Origin: an uncultured virus (IMG/VR IMGVR_UViG_3300031525_000002)
Taxonomy: Duplodnaviria; Heunggongvirae; Uroviricota; Caudoviricetes
Virus record (IMG/VR): IMGVR_UViG_3300031525_000002
Direction: 5' to 3' (one strand)
Length of the DNA: 20,000 bases
Notes under the pieces: model-generated
What the model saw: the letters and a program-made list of their open reading frames with translations, nothing else
Databases searched by the model: none
Told to the model about the DNA's origin: nothing
Program-made: the position numbers and the translations under genes
In this document: positions 8,830 through 16,323 of the stretch, in pieces
Layout of the letters: every line of letters starts with the position of its first letter
Position numbering within the stretch: the first letter of the stretch is position 1

Positions 8830-9452
8830 CGCAGCGCCTCCACGGGCAGGAAACGAACCCGAGCGCCGCCACCCATGACGGTGACGGTGTCGCCCCGGTC
8901 GGCGCGCCTGAGGGCGGCCAGGTCGGTTGCCGACAGGCTCTCGCGGTTGTCGCGGATGAAGGTGACGAGGCCGCATTCCCCCTCGTCACCCCGGTCGGAC
9001 CGCCAGTGCACCGGGAGGTCCTGGGCGCCTTTGGCAAACGCCTTGACGGCGGGGGCGAGGGTTCGGTGGCCTTCCGAGGTGATGCGCCCGTCCTCAACGA
9101 CGTAGAAGCCACCGCTTGAGGCGATCCCGATCTGACCCCGGCGAGAAAAGCCGAGCGTCACATTGTAGCGCAGGCCCGTACCATTTGTTCCTGGGATGGC
9201 CGTCACCGTTGGCTTGGCCGAAGGAGCCTTGTAGAGCCCGTGCGTCTTGAGTGCGCGCTCCTCGGTCTGGCGACGCTCGCGGCCCTCGCGACGGGCCTCG
9301 GCGCGCTTGCTCCTGGCCACCCACGCCGGCACGGCCCCCATCTTCGCGAGGTTCTCGTGTGCGCGCGCGACCTCGAGAGCCTGCGCTTCCACGCGCCGAC
9401 GGTAGGCGATGTTCGACTGCTCGGCTTCGGGCAATTTGCCGATGAGGCTCAT
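8826..9452 (-). CDS. MSLIG-tagged hypothetical protein (array gene 13)
   Basis: Starts MSLIGKLP; basic helical N-half, beta-rich C-half. Confidence 0.8.
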   Translation of the reverse strand: MSLIGKLPEAEQSNIAYRRRVEAQALEVARAHENLAKMGAVPAWVARSKRAEARREGRERRQTEERALKTHGLYKAPSAKPTVTAIPGTNGTGLRYNVTLGFSRRGQIGIASSGGFYVVEDGRITSEGHRTLAPAVKAFAKGAQDLPVHWRSDRGDEGECGLVTFIRDNRESLSATDLAALRRADRGDTVTVMGGGARVRFLPVEALR

Positions 9453-10267
9453 GCGCCACCCAGCCGGTACATCTCGTCGCTCGAGCCGCGAATCTCCTTC
9501 GCGCCCGACCCAGGACGGTCCCAGACGCGGCCGTTGTAGCTTACGTGTCCGATGACCTTGCCGGAGGCGTCACGGATGTCCCCGCCCGTCCAGTTACCAC
9601 CCCCGAGCTCGTTCTTGGTGATGAACTGCTGCACGACGCTGGACGCCTCCAGGTAGCTGGTGACGGGAACCCGGTGCGAGCGAATCGAGACGGAACCACG
9701 ATGGTCGCTCGAGTAACTGGAGTGGGTGAAGTCGGGGTTCGGCTCGGCAGCGAGCTCCACGGACCAGTTGCCCGACTCCGCCCCGCGCGACTCCTTCGCC
9801 TTGAGGTGCGCCTCGAGCAGTTCCGCAGCTCGGCGGCACACGAGGACTCGCCAGGTCGGAAAGGCTTGCCCAGACCGCCCCCCTTCGCCCCCGTTCGGGT
9901 CGAGGGACCATCCGTTGTACGGGATCGCGTTCACGTGACGCCGGGGGGGCGCGCCCCGCTTGACGCTGCCCATGAATTCGCCGTTCAGTTCGACGAGCCA
10001 CGACCCCTTGTTGGGCTGAAGCATCATGAAGTTGCCGTCCGTCAGCACCTTCGTCGAGTAGGGGGCGATGTGCAGGGGCGAGCCGGGGACGTTCGCGGGG
10101 ATCGACGCCTTCGCGCGCCGTGGGCGCTTCGGAGGCGTGGCGTAGGGGTCGGCCATGTGCGCTCGGAGGTCGGCCCGGCGCTCCGCGTCCGTCCGCTGGG
10201 TCCGCTGGGGCTTCGGCGCGGGCCGGTCGAAGAGCGATAGCGATGTCGGCTTGCCGATGAGGCTCAT
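9449..10267 (-). CDS. MSLIG-tagged two-domain hypothetical protein (array gene 12)
   Basis: Starts MSLIGKPTSLSLFDRPAP; C-terminal GNWTGG...HVSYNGRVW domain. Confidence 0.82.
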   Translation of the reverse strand: MSLIGKPTSLSLFDRPAPKPQRTQRTDAERRADLRAHMADPYATPPKRPRRAKASIPANVPGSPLHIAPYSTKVLTDGNFMMLQPNKGSWLVELNGEFMGSVKRGAPPRRHVNAIPYNGWSLDPNGGEGGRSGQAFPTWRVLVCRRAAELLEAHLKAKESRGAESGNWSVELAAEPNPDFTHSSYSSDHRGSVSIRSHRVPVTSYLEASSVVQQFITKNELGGGNWTGGDIRDASGKVIGHVSYNGRVWDRPGSGAKEIRGSSDEMYRLGGA

Positions 10268-10761
10268 GGCGACCTCGGCATCACATAGGCCACCCCATCA
10301 ACGACGTAGCCACCCTTGACCACGCCACCGATGCGCTTGGCAGCGCGGGCCATGGTGTCCTTGGAAATGCACGCCTCGACAACACGAGCATCGTCGCGAC
10401 GAGATGTCATCGCGAAGAAGATGAACTGAGCCCGGTTGAACCCGCGAACGCTCGCGGCAGCATCGGGAAACATCTGATGCGCGCGAGCGCCTGCTGGCAC
10501 ATTGGCGGGGACGTTCGCGGCGGGCGCGGGAGCCTGGCGAGCCGGGCTCGGGTGCTTGTCTCTGGTGAGACCGCACTGGAAGCACTTGTCTGAGCCGCCC
10601 GGCATGCGGTCGAACCGATGTGTGACGGGTTCGGCATCCATGGTGGCCATGAGCGCCCGGTACGCGGCTCGACTCCCAGGCTTCGGCGCGGTCGGCGCGG
10701 GCGCGGGCCTGTCGAAGAGCGACAGCGATGCCGTATCCTTGGGCTTGCCGATGAGCGCCAT
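10264..10761 (-). CDS. MALIG-tagged hypothetical protein with small HxF...CxxCG...H Zn finger (array gene 11)
   Basis: Starts MALIGKPKDTASLSLFDRPAP; HRF...CFQCGLTRDKH. Confidence 0.8.
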   Translation of the reverse strand: MALIGKPKDTASLSLFDRPAPAPTAPKPGSRAAYRALMATMDAEPVTHRFDRMPGGSDKCFQCGLTRDKHPSPARQAPAPAANVPANVPAGARAHQMFPDAAASVRGFNRAQFIFFAMTSRRDDARVVEACISKDTMARAAKRIGGVVKGGYVVDGVAYVMPRSP

Positions 10762-11096
10762 CAGTACCCCTTCATACCGCGAAAATGCGCTGCCTGCTCG
10801 CGAAGTCCCTTCGCCCGCAGTTCGGACGGTTCGAGGCGCGCAGCTTCGTCGAGCAGGTCAGCAGCACGGTTGTTCTTGGCCGCGCTCAAGCCCATGTCGT
10901 CGGCTGCTGCGTTCGCTGCGACCATGGCCACGCTTGTCGCGTGGTCGGCCTTGCTGCGCCGCTCGTCCGCCGCCCGCCCCTCGGAACTGCGCGACCACGC
11001 CTCGGAGGCCCGGTCCTCGGCGGCGAGCCCCGCACGGAGCTTGCGCCCCATGTCGCGCTCCTCGGCGGTGGGACCCTTGCGTCCGATGAGGCTCAC
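10761..11096 (-). CDS. MSLIG-tagged Ala/Arg-rich helical protein (array gene 10)
   Basis: GTG start GTGAGCCTCATCGGA; TGATG overlap downstream. Confidence 0.78.
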   Translation of the reverse strand: MSLIGRKGPTAEERDMGRKLRAGLAAEDRASEAWSRSSEGRAADERRSKADHATSVAMVAANAAADDMGLSAAKNNRAADLLDEAARLEPSELRAKGLREQAAHFRGMKGY

Positions 11097-11647
11097 GTCC
11101 GCCTCCCCGCCGCAGCCTTGCGCTCGCGCGCGCGTCGCTTCGCGTCACGGTACTCCCGCGCCTCGAAGCCGGTCCTCGGTCGGTAGTCGCGATCGCGAAC
11201 CGGTTCGCCGAGTTCGGAGTAGAGCGGGATCGACGCGCGGCTTGTGAATGAGCGACCGCCTTGGTAATTCGAGGAACGCTCGTACTCGACGCCGCCCCAC
11301 CGTCCCACCGCTTCGCCCATCCGGATATTGCTGTACTGCGTGCCCATGCGCCGGGTGGTGATCGTCCCGTGCGTGAGCAGCATGCGCGCCTCGATGGCAG
11401 CGGGGTCCAACTTGTCCTCGAGAAGCCCGATGGCGATGCGGTCGAGCGGCCCGCCCGATGGGCGCGCGTAACCCAACCACGTCTCGATGCCGTCGCTGCC
11501 GGCGGCGCGATAGAGTTCCACGCGGCCGCCTCGGAACCGGATGGCGACGTACTTCCGTCCCCGGTAGGTGAATTCCTTGCGCGCGAGCTTGGGGGCGTCG
11601 TGGAGAGGGTCGTGGGGAGCGCGAGGGAAGCGACCGATGAGGCTCAT
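11093..11647 (-). CDS. MSLIG-tagged Arg-rich hypothetical protein (array gene 9, 184 aa)
   Basis: Start re-set to ATG 11647 (MSLIGRFP), ATGA overlap. Confidence 0.8.
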   Translation of the reverse strand: MSLIGRFPRAPHDPLHDAPKLARKEFTYRGRKYVAIRFRGGRVELYRAAGSDGIETWLGYARPSGGPLDRIAIGLLEDKLDPAAIEARMLLTHGTITTRRMGTQYSNIRMGEAVGRWGGVEYERSSNYQGGRSFTSRASIPLYSELGEPVRDRDYRPRTGFEAREYRDAKRRARERKAAAGRRT

Positions 11648-12012
11648 GGCGTCCTCCGAAGATGCGTGAGGCCGGGATTGTACTTCGTGTCCCAGTCGCC
11701 GTGCTCGATGCGGAAGCTCGGCGAACCGCGCAACTCGTAGGCTTCGCCACCGTAACCGCGACTCCCCACCTTCCACGGGAACAGGTCGTTCTGTCCGTCG
11801 GACACCTTGAACATGCCGGTGACATGGCGGCCGCTCAAGCGACGAACGATGGCGACAGCGCCCGACTTGCTCTTGGAGAACCCGACCCGGTTGTACGCCG
11901 CGAGGTCCTCGGGATCGCTGTGCGTGGCCCAGACGCCCCACCCGCGCTGGATAGACGTGGGAGCGAACGTGAAGGCGACCTTGGAGTAGCCGCTACCGCC
12001 GATGAGACCCAT
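11644..12012 (-). CDS. MGLIG-tagged hypothetical protein (array gene 8)
   Basis: Starts MGLIGGSG; TAATG overlap with upstream gene. Confidence 0.78.
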   Translation of the reverse strand: MGLIGGSGYSKVAFTFAPTSIQRGWGVWATHSDPEDLAAYNRVGFSKSKSGAVAIVRRLSGRHVTGMFKVSDGQNDLFPWKVGSRGYGGEAYELRGSPSFRIEHGDWDTKYNPGLTHLRRTP

Positions 12013-12395
12013 TACCCGCGCCTCGCTTTCGCCGCCCCAGCGTCCACGTACTCGTGAAACCGACGGATCGCACGCGTGACCTCTGCGTCGGCGGCGGGCA
12101 GTTCGTCGCGATGGTACGCCTCAGCGTAGTGCTTCGCCTTGAACGCCCTATCCTTCTCCTGCTCGAGCCGCTGGAGCTCGGGGTCGTTCCACATCGAGGC
12201 GTAGTACGCCTTCTCGCGCACAGCGCTCTGAATCTCACCGGGCGAGCGACCGAGAATCGCGCCCGTGCGGATGCGGTAGTCGAGGTCAGTCTCCCCGTGA
12301 CGATGCTCGATCGCCTTCCGGCATTTCACGCAGTAATTCTTCGACCCGCGGATCTTGTTGCCGCAGTAGCAGGTGCCGGAGATGAGCGTCGTCAT
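12012..12395 (-). CDS. Zn-ribbon protein with degenerate tag MTTLISG (array gene 7, 127 aa)
   Basis: ATG 12395 in ATGA overlap; CYCG..x..YCVKC. Confidence 0.75.
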   Translation of the reverse strand: MTTLISGTCYCGNKIRGSKNYCVKCRKAIEHRHGETDLDYRIRTGAILGRSPGEIQSAVREKAYYASMWNDPELQRLEQEKDRAFKAKHYAEAYHRDELPAADAEVTRAIRRFHEYVDAGAAKARRG

Positions 12396-12598
12396 TTTCG
12401 CCCGAACTTCCCCTGGTCGAGCAGCCCGTACTGCTGATTGAACAGCGAAAACTGCTCGGCGGGTGGCGGTGGCGGCTTGGGACGCGTCTCCATGCCGGCG
12501 AAGAGTGCGGGCGTGCGCGCGCATGCCGAGCAAAGCTTACGGTTCTTCTGCGGGCGGTGGCACCCGGGGCACTTGTTCTTCACGCCGATGAGACTCAT
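12392..12598 (-). CDS. MSLIG-tagged small Zn-finger protein with QFSLF motif (array gene 6, 68 aa)
   Basis: ATG 12598; CPGC...CSAC; poly-Pro then EQFSLF. Confidence 0.75.
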   Translation of the reverse strand: MSLIGVKNKCPGCHRPQKNRKLCSACARTPALFAGMETRPKPPPPPAEQFSLFNQQYGLLDQGKFGRK

Positions 12599-12807
12599 CC
12601 GAGCAACCTTCCTTGTCTGCCGCCATCGTCCGTGACGAGCGCCTCGCGGTACGCCCACCCACGCTCACCGTTGTCCCAGTGAATGAGCGCGCGGCCAGGT
12701 CCAGCGACCTGGTCGACGGTGCCCTTGGCGTCGGCCGACACCGCTACGCCCGTCACCCGGAGCGAGTACGCAGCGCAGACGCGGTCACCGCGACGCAGGC
12801 GTCTCAT
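12595..12807 (-). CDS. small SH3/KOW-like beta-barrel protein ending GRLLG (array gene 5)
   Basis: LRRGDRV...GTV...ALIHWDNG pattern; ATGA overlaps both sides. Confidence 0.7.
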   Translation of the reverse strand: MRRLRRGDRVCAAYSLRVTGVAVSADAKGTVDQVAGPGRALIHWDNGERGWAYREALVTDDGGRQGRLLG

Positions 12808-13220
12808 CCGAGCAATCCTCTCCGGGGCTTCCCGATCTCAGAGTCTCGCACGTTGATGACCGCGTCGAGCGATGCCTTCGGATAGTCGACGAGCGCATCG
12901 TAGACCATATCGCTCCACGTCAGATACGTCGTGTGCCCCTCCGGCCCCTTGTGCGACACGCGCGTTACACGCCACTTCCGCGAGGTCGGGTCGATGGAGA
13001 ACCAGAGCTTGCGCGCGACGTATGGGCCTTTGGAGGCGTCGCCCGTCAGTATCTCGAAGGTCGCCTCGCCGTGGAGCCTGCGGAAGCGCCCCACAGCTCG
13101 CTTGCGGTTCGTCGCGTTGACGTGCACCGCCTTGAAGATGAGCTTGCCGTCTGCGCCGCGAACGGGCGTGTGACCGCGCTCGTCCAGCGGGTACGCCTGC
13201 CGCCACGCGCCGAGGCTCAT
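12804..13220 (-). CDS. hypothetical protein, starts MSLGA, ends RGLLG (array gene 4, 138 aa)
   Basis: ATG 13220 in ATGA overlap. Confidence 0.75.
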   Translation of the reverse strand: MSLGAWRQAYPLDERGHTPVRGADGKLIFKAVHVNATNRKRAVGRFRRLHGEATFEILTGDASKGPYVARKLWFSIDPTSRKWRVTRVSHKGPEGHTTYLTWSDMVYDALVDYPKASLDAVINVRDSEIGKPRRGLLG

Positions 13221-13477
13221 CCGATGAGCCCCTTCTTCGCGGGCGGCTTCCACCCCTTCTCCCACGTCACAGCAGGGAGGCCCGCGACTCGCCCGACGCG
13301 GTAGGTCCACATGAGACCGGCCGAGGCAAGACGAATGCGGCAGCCCGACGGTAGGTAGGCGGCGGTCCGCAGTGCGAGCTCGGCCGCGCCTTCGCCACGC
13401 GAAGTGACCGTGTAAGTGTCTCCACGCGTCCCGTCCGCGAGGTAGACCTGAACCTTCACGCGCTGTCCGTCGTACAT
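13217..13477 (-). CDS. hypothetical protein ending KGLIG (array gene 3, 86 aa)
   Basis: ATG 13477 (MYDGQRV) in TGATG overlap. Confidence 0.7.
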   Translation of the reverse strand: MYDGQRVKVQVYLADGTRGDTYTVTSRGEGAAELALRTAAYLPSGCRIRLASAGLMWTYRVGRVAGLPAVTWEKGWKPPAKKGLIG

Positions 13478-14052
13478 CAGATGAGCCCTTCGAACGCGTG
13501 AGGTTCCTCGTAGACCGGCGTAGTGACGGTGCGCCACTTCGCGTGGGGGTCGCAAAGCTCCTTGACCCGGTACCGGTTCGGCTCGGCACATGGCACTTCG
13601 ACCGAGCGGCCCGAGCGAAGGAGTGACGACCCCATCCACTTCGGGCGCCTCTTGCGGGGCGTCTCAGGGTTGCAGGCGGCCTTGGTGCGGAACCGCCACG
13701 GGTCGCGGCAGGGGACGGCCACGGCGGCGGCGTTCAGCTTGGTGCGGACCAATTCCGTAGCCTTCGCCTCCGCCGCCTTCGAGCGCTGGTGCGTCGCTTC
13801 GCGGGCGTTCGCCTCGAGCCACTCACGAAAGAGCTCGGCCTTATGGTCGGGGGTGCCCGTGAAGCGCATCCGCCCGTGCTCATCCTTGGCGTAGCGGTTC
13901 TTCCGCCAGAGAGCGACCTCCCACGGGTCCAGGTTCGCCTCCACGCGCTCCTGGGCCTCGGCGCGGTGTTCGGCACCACGAAGGTAGCCGGTGCGACGAC
14001 GCTCCTCGGCGGCAAAGTCGGTGGGCTTGGACTTGGGGCCGATGAGGCTCAT
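13477..14052 (-). CDS. MSLIG-tagged hypothetical protein, also ends EGLI (array gene 2)
   Basis: Starts MSLIGPKS; two VPCxxPxR[FY]R segments. Confidence 0.8.
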   Translation of the reverse strand: MSLIGPKSKPTDFAAEERRRTGYLRGAEHRAEAQERVEANLDPWEVALWRKNRYAKDEHGRMRFTGTPDHKAELFREWLEANAREATHQRSKAAEAKATELVRTKLNAAAVAVPCRDPWRFRTKAACNPETPRKRRPKWMGSSLLRSGRSVEVPCAEPNRYRVKELCDPHAKWRTVTTPVYEEPHAFEGLI

Positions 14053-14405
14053 GAGCGCTTCAGGTCCTTGTAGCCGCCGCTGGCCGTCCAGTAGCCGATG
14101 TTCGTGTCGCGCCTTCGGGCGCGCATGGTGAGTTCCTCCGGCCCCATCCCGTCACGCTGGAGCCCGGCTACGTCGGCCTCGCTGTGCTCGTAACCGTTCC
14201 GGATGAGGATCTCGCGCATCTCGTCGCGCTCGCGCTGCTCTGCGGACCGGACGGCGGTTGACGACCGCTCTCCACGTCTCCAACGCCGACCTCTCTGACC
14301 GCTTTCGGTAGCGTCTCGCGCGCGCGCATCCTGCAGGCGACGGAACTCGCCTAGCTTGCGGACGGCCTCCTCATTGGACAGGGGCTTGCCACCGATGAGC
14401 GCCAT
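14049..14405 (-). CDS. MALIG-tagged Arg-rich protein (array gene 1)
   Basis: Starts MALIGGKP; first gene of the coupled array. Confidence 0.78.
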   Translation of the reverse strand: MALIGGKPLSNEEAVRKLGEFRRLQDARARDATESGQRGRRWRRGERSSTAVRSAEQRERDEMREILIRNGYEHSEADVAGLQRDGMGPEELTMRARRRDTNIGYWTASGGYKDLKRS

Positions 14406-14423
14406 GGGTCAAAATGGTACCAG
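14406..14423. promoter_or_regulatory. putative leaderless (possibly bidirectional) promoter of the array
   Basis: Minus strand TGG-TACCAT (extended -10, 14414-14422) 8 nt before ATG 14405; plus strand CAAAAT 8 nt before ATG 14424. Confidence 0.4.
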
Positions 14424-14651
14424 ATGAACCCACACACCGTCACCTTTCTCGCGCGCGCCGCTGCCTTCGAACTGTCCACCCGCCTGGGTGGACTGGCCCC
14501 ACCGGACCAGCAAAGCCGAGAGGCGGAACTGGAACGCTTGTGGGAACTCGTGCCGGAAGACGAGGAAGTGTTCTGCTACTGCGCGCGACGCGCCCCGGTC
14601 ACTGGAGCGTCGGCGGCTCTGCCGGGTCTTCCGGCGTGCTTCCGTCAGTAG
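14424..14651 (+). CDS. small hypothetical protein divergent from the array
   Basis: Fills the gap between minus-strand genes; protein-like composition; 3' end overlaps 14599 gene. Confidence 0.4.
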   Translation: MNPHTVTFLARAAAFELSTRLGGLAPPDQQSREAELERLWELVPEDEEVFCYCARRAPVTGASAALPGLPACFRQ

Positions 14652-15318
14652 GCGCGGGCGGCAGGGCGGGAGGCGGAGCAGGGGGAAGCGCCGGGGTCGC
14701 CTTCGTCCCAAAGAACAGGTACCCGAGGAGCGCGCCGATGGCGACGCCGGGAAGGCCCCCGATGGCACCGCCAATCGCTGCGCCGAGGGCAGCCATGGCG
14801 ATGGAGTTGTCTTGCTCTGGGGGTGCAGCGGGCGCGGGGAGCGCCAGATGAGCCGACGCCGCTTGGACAGCGGGGGCCGCCACTGGACCGGCGGCCGCGT
14901 AGTGGTGATGGTGGACGTGGACCTCGCCGATGTTGATCTGGACACCCGGCTTGGTGTCCGCCGGAGGCGGGATGAACTCGGCGTGCCACTCTTCCTGCGC
15001 GGGCTCGGGAGGTCGTAGCGACACCAACGACTCTGCCTGGGCCGCCTCGTAGTCGGCCAAGAGCTTGTCGATGACCTTGCGGACCTCGCGCTCCTTGAGG
15101 CGGGCGACGGTCTCGTCGAGGAAGATCTGCGCCCGAACCTCCGGGGGGACGGGGTCCTCCCAACCGCCCGTAGGCGGCGCTCCTGGTCCAGATGGGCCTG
15201 GGGGTGGCGTGACGGGAAACGGGATGAAGTCGCGGTCGATCCACCCGGACACGTCGGCGGACACGTCCATCCACGTCGCGTGGTAGCCATCGACATCCCA
15301 AGACCCGAGGCGCGCCAT
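14599..15318 (-). CDS. Pro-rich membrane protein with glycine-zipper TM segment
   Basis: ALGAAIGGAIGGLPGVAIGALLGYLFF; Pro-rich linkers. Confidence 0.72.
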   Translation of the reverse strand: MARLGSWDVDGYHATWMDVSADVSGWIDRDFIPFPVTPPPGPSGPGAPPTGGWEDPVPPEVRAQIFLDETVARLKEREVRKVIDKLLADYEAAQAESLVSLRPPEPAQEEWHAEFIPPPADTKPGVQINIGEVHVHHHHYAAAGPVAAPAVQAASAHLALPAPAAPPEQDNSIAMAALGAAIGGAIGGLPGVAIGALLGYLFFGTKATPALPPAPPPALPPAPTDGSTPEDPAEPPTLQ

Positions 15319-15330
15319 GGCGCTGCTAGC

Positions 15331-16323
15331 TTACTCCAGCCAGCGGCGATTCGCGGGGTCGGCGATCCAGCGGACCGTCTGCTGGAGGCTTTCTTCGAAC
15401 GGCTTCGGGATGTGCCACCCCATCGAGGCGAGCTTCTCGCCCGAGAGCGCATACCGGAGATCGTGCCCAGGTCGGCTCTGATGAAAATTCACCAGATCGT
15501 AGTCGGGACGACGCCCGAGGATCTCGCCGATGAGCTTCACCATGTCCTCGTTAGTGATCTCGCGCTCACCCACGATGTTGTAGCGCTCGCCCGCCTCGCC
15601 GCGCTCGAGGAGGAACGTCACCGCCGAGGCGACGTTGCGCGCGTGGATGTAGAAGCGCGAGCCGGACCGCGTGAGGTCGGGGTTCGCGTGGACGAGGATC
15701 TTCTCACCCGCAAGCGTGCGCTTGACGATGAGCGGCACCCATTTCTCTCTGTGCTGTCGCTCGCCGATCACGTTCATCGTCGAGCTCACGAAGACCGGCA
15801 GCTTGTACGTGTTCGCCCACGCCGCGCAGAGTTGGTCACCGGCGCTCTTCGTTGCCGCGTATGGGTTGTTCGGCTTGTGACGATCCCACTCCTTGTACCG
15901 GACCCCGTCCGGCGCCGGCCCGAACACCTCATCCGTCGAAAAGTAGAGCATCTTCTGGAGGCGCGTGAGCCCGCGCGCCCACTGGAGCATCCGGTACGTC
16001 CCCACGACGTTGCTCTGGATGAAGGGCCACGGATCCTCGATGGAGTTGTCCACGTGGGTTTCGGCGGCCATGTGCACCACGTAGTCGGGCTCCCCGAGCT
16101 CGTGACGGAGCCCCGACCCGAACTCGTGCGTCATGTCGGCGGTGAAGATGTGGACGCGCCGGTCATCGAACGCCTGAATGTCGCGGAGGCGGTCGAAGCC
16201 GCTCGAGGCATACGTGAGGCGGTCGAGGACCGCGATGTCCCAGTCGGTCGTCTTGAGGATGTGCTCGACGAGGTGCGCACCGATAAAGCCGGCACCGCCG
16301 GAGATGAGGATTCGCGTGGTCAT
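15331..16323 (-). CDS. rmlB: dTDP-glucose 4,6-dehydratase (NAD-dependent epimerase/dehydratase)
   Basis: MTTRILISGGAGFIG, HMAAETHVDNSI, STDEVFG, YAATK, RPGHDLRYAL; start at 16323 in TAATG overlap. Confidence 0.92.
   Translation of the reverse strand: MTTRILISGGAGFIGAHLVEHILKTTDWDIAVLDRLTYASSGFDRLRDIQAFDDRRVHIFTADMTHEFGSGLRHELGEPDYVVHMAAETHVDNSIEDPWPFIQSNVVGTYRMLQWARGLTRLQKMLYFSTDEVFGPAPDGVRYKEWDRHKPNNPYAATKSAGDQLCAAWANTYKLPVFVSSTMNVIGERQHREKWVPLIVKRTLAGEKILVHANPDLTRSGSRFYIHARNVASAVTFLLERGEAGERYNIVGEREITNEDMVKLIGEILGRRPDYDLVNFHQSRPGHDLRYALSGEKLASMGWHIPKPFEESLQQTVRWIADPANRRWLE

Noticed and set aside
8830..13639. Long N-terminal extensions in the ORF track (8976, 11941, 12533, 12658, 13589, 13639)
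   Set aside because: They overlap upstream genes; internal ATGs give clean 1-4 nt stop/start overlaps, mostly at the tag
7588..14405. Recurring CCGATGAGGCTCAT as a CRISPR array or integron attC sites
   Set aside because: Only ~14 nt, irregular 200-900 bp spacing, lies inside coding sequence, no intergenic hairpins, no cas or integrase gene seen
6991..14405. MSLIG as a Sec/Tat, prepilin or RiPP leader
   Set aside because: No hydrophobic h-region, no prepilin G|F..E pattern, no modifying enzymes, and the products are full-size diverse domains
14895..14925. HVHHHHY stretch as a metal-binding site
   Set aside because: Short low-complexity segment in a Pro-rich linker with no supporting context
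14409..15452. 347-aa minus-strand ORF (also 4580..5611, 1701..2465)
   Set aside because: Arg/Ser/Pro-rich off-frame or antisense translations overlapping better genes
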